DNA of 63,322 nucleotides, the filler included, from Rhabdomonas costata (lineage: Eukaryota): the NCBI GenBank assembly GCA_019059605.1. It is 56 parts of 56 records of this genome, joined end to end, with 100 filler letters (N's around TTAATTAATTAA, not from the genome) between each part and the next. Parts side by side here need not be neighbours in the genome. Positions count along the whole stretch, not along the records: positions 61,159 to 62,190 come from JAHMHO010032407.1; positions 62,291 to 63,322 come from JAHMHO010032408.1; 54 more parts are not named here. One strand, given 5' to 3'. The notes below the pieces were generated by a model. The model did not search any database, was not told the DNA's origin, and saw nothing but the letters and a program-made list of their open reading frames with translations. Of the stretch, positions 62,173-63,322 are shown piece by piece. The number at the start of each line of letters is the position of its first letter. Position 1 is the stretch's first letter. The position numbers and the translations under genes are program-made.

Positions 62173-62579
62173 CTGTGAGCCCACAACCACNNNNNNNNNN
62201 NNNNNNNNNNNNNNNNNNNNNNNNNNNNNNNNNNTTAATTAATTAANNNNNNNNNNNNNNNNNNNNNNNNNNNNNNNNNNNNNNNNNNNNCTGGTACTTT
62301 TTTCTGTTCAAGCTGTATCACGTGACAGTTTATTGTTTCTCGTTTGCCTTTTCTTGGTTGGATTATGGAAAAAGGATGCTCGTCTCTTACCTGACCTGCA
62401 CCCCGTTTTGTGCCTCTCCTTTACATCTTTTTCTTTGAACGCTGCACTGGCTGTGATGCTATCCCTCTCTTTCTGGAAAGGTTCTCGTTTGGCCTCTCGC
62501 GCACCCAGGCAAAGTGAGCAGCCTGCTGGGCAAGGTGGGCACAGTGGAGGCGGAGACCGCGGATCCTGCAGGCCAACAG

Positions 62580-63179
62580 CGTGGACCCCTCAGAGTTCTC
62601 CGAGGGAGTGCTGGCAGAGTGCGAGAAGCCCTTTGTCATTCCCTCCGCTGAGGTAGGCTACCTCCACCCTACCCCCGCTCTTCCCCACTTCCCTTCTGGC
62701 TTTGCCCGCAGGCTGAAACCTGCACGCTCCCAACGCTGCCAAGGTGAGTCTCTTAGGAATTCTTTTTGTTTTAGAGTTGGGGTTAGGTCGACTGGCACAT
62801 GTTTCACTGCCCTGAATTGCACATTTAAGGAGTACCCAGTTTCGGGAAACCAGTGTACCGAAACCGATGAAGCGGATGGTTTCTGTGATTTCCATACTTC
62901 TGAATGGGCTTCAGACTTCGTGTTTCCGACTTTACTCCCCCTTTCCCCAATGCTCCCTCTCGTGCTCGTCTTGGAAGGTTTCGAACATTGCGAAAAATTC
63001 CTCCCTTCATTGACTGGGCCGGATACCAGCTCCCTGTCAGCATTTCTCGTATTTTTCTAGCTGTTCTCTAGCGCAGTGCAGCACCCTTGCCCCCCCCCCC
63101 GCAGGAGCTGGCCAGGACCCACCGCAGGGATCTTCGTTCGGAGGAGTTCTGCCTCACCATTGACCCGCCCACGGCGAAG
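62580..63179 (+). CDS. DIS3L2: RNase II/RNB-family exoribonuclease, DIS3L2-like, two exons (partial)
   Basis: Exon 62580-62652 VDPSEFSEGVLAECEKPFVIPSAE and exon 63105-63179 ELARTHRRDLRSEEFCLTIDPPTAK, i.e. RRDLR...TIDP.TA(K/R) just before the catalytic DLDDA. TIDP.TA favours DIS3L2 over Rrp44 (SVDPPGC). Confidence 0.8.
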
Positions 63180-63322
63180 GTGAAAAAGGCTTCCTTGTTT
63201 TTGGGGAGAGGGAGCTGATCTTTGAACTCAGGGAAAGGTGAAAGGTTTTATGATCATCGCGCCAATCTTTTTTTCATCCAGTTGCCTCCGTCTGCGCAGT
63301 GTATTGGTAGCCTTGTGGCATT

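Noticed and set aside
1078..62246. Regularly spaced identical 12-mer TTAATTAATTAA resembling a CRISPR-like or programmed repeat array
   Set aside because: It is always embedded in 44+44 N. It is a synthetic six-frame-stop linker, not biology.
98..63060. Most of the supplied six-frame ORFs, including those ending in X-runs plus LIN
   Set aside because: They are chance frames in intronic or intergenic DNA or run into spacers; real coding is in short exons.
1..63322. Apparent clustering of peroxisomal genes (PEX11-like, ABCD) or of retroelement pieces (53238-56532) as an operon or single element
   Set aside because: Contigs are unlinked and ordered by length, so adjacency across spacers carries no information.
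1..63322. rRNA, tRNA, CRISPR arrays, bacterial operons or a non-standard genetic code
   Set aside because: None recognised. Confident exons translate cleanly with the standard code, and in-frame stops occur only in decayed elements.

Overview
This is not one locus. It is an artificial concatenation of 56 unrelated contigs of about 1.03 kb, joined by 55 identical 100-bp spacers (44 N + TTAATTAATTAA + 44 N), so gene neighbourhood across spacers means nothing. Most contigs begin with a G/T-only run or end with a C/A-only run, and eight carry terminal fold-back inverted repeats; both patterns fit whole-genome-amplified DNA. The source is an intron-rich flagellated eukaryote, most plausibly a euglenid or other euglenozoan (inference, not proven). 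Recognisable exon fragments are SCO1, PEX11-like, inner-arm dynein heavy chain, class III adenylate cyclase, CCT5, a classical protein tyrosine phosphatase, ASCC3, a peroxisomal ABCD transporter, a METTL21-type methyltransferase, a SAM+PX protein, a SerA-like N-terminus, a class V PLP enzyme, an ankyrin-like domain and DIS3L2. All introns I could delimit are GT-AG with very degenerate donors. Decayed mobile DNA includes a Tc1/mariner (rosa/DD41D-like) transposase, several non-LTR retrotransposon remnants (one CRE/SLACS-like), and AT-rich fossils resembling a Polinton-type DNA polymerase plus packaging ATPase and an MT-A70 adenine methyltransferase. No intact novel multi-gene system can be shown from 1-kb pieces. 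The best leads are the Polinton-like and MT-A70 fossils, the CRE-like element, an intron flanked by a 10-bp direct repeat, and a 31-nt intron. All family calls are by-eye motif recognition, with no database search.
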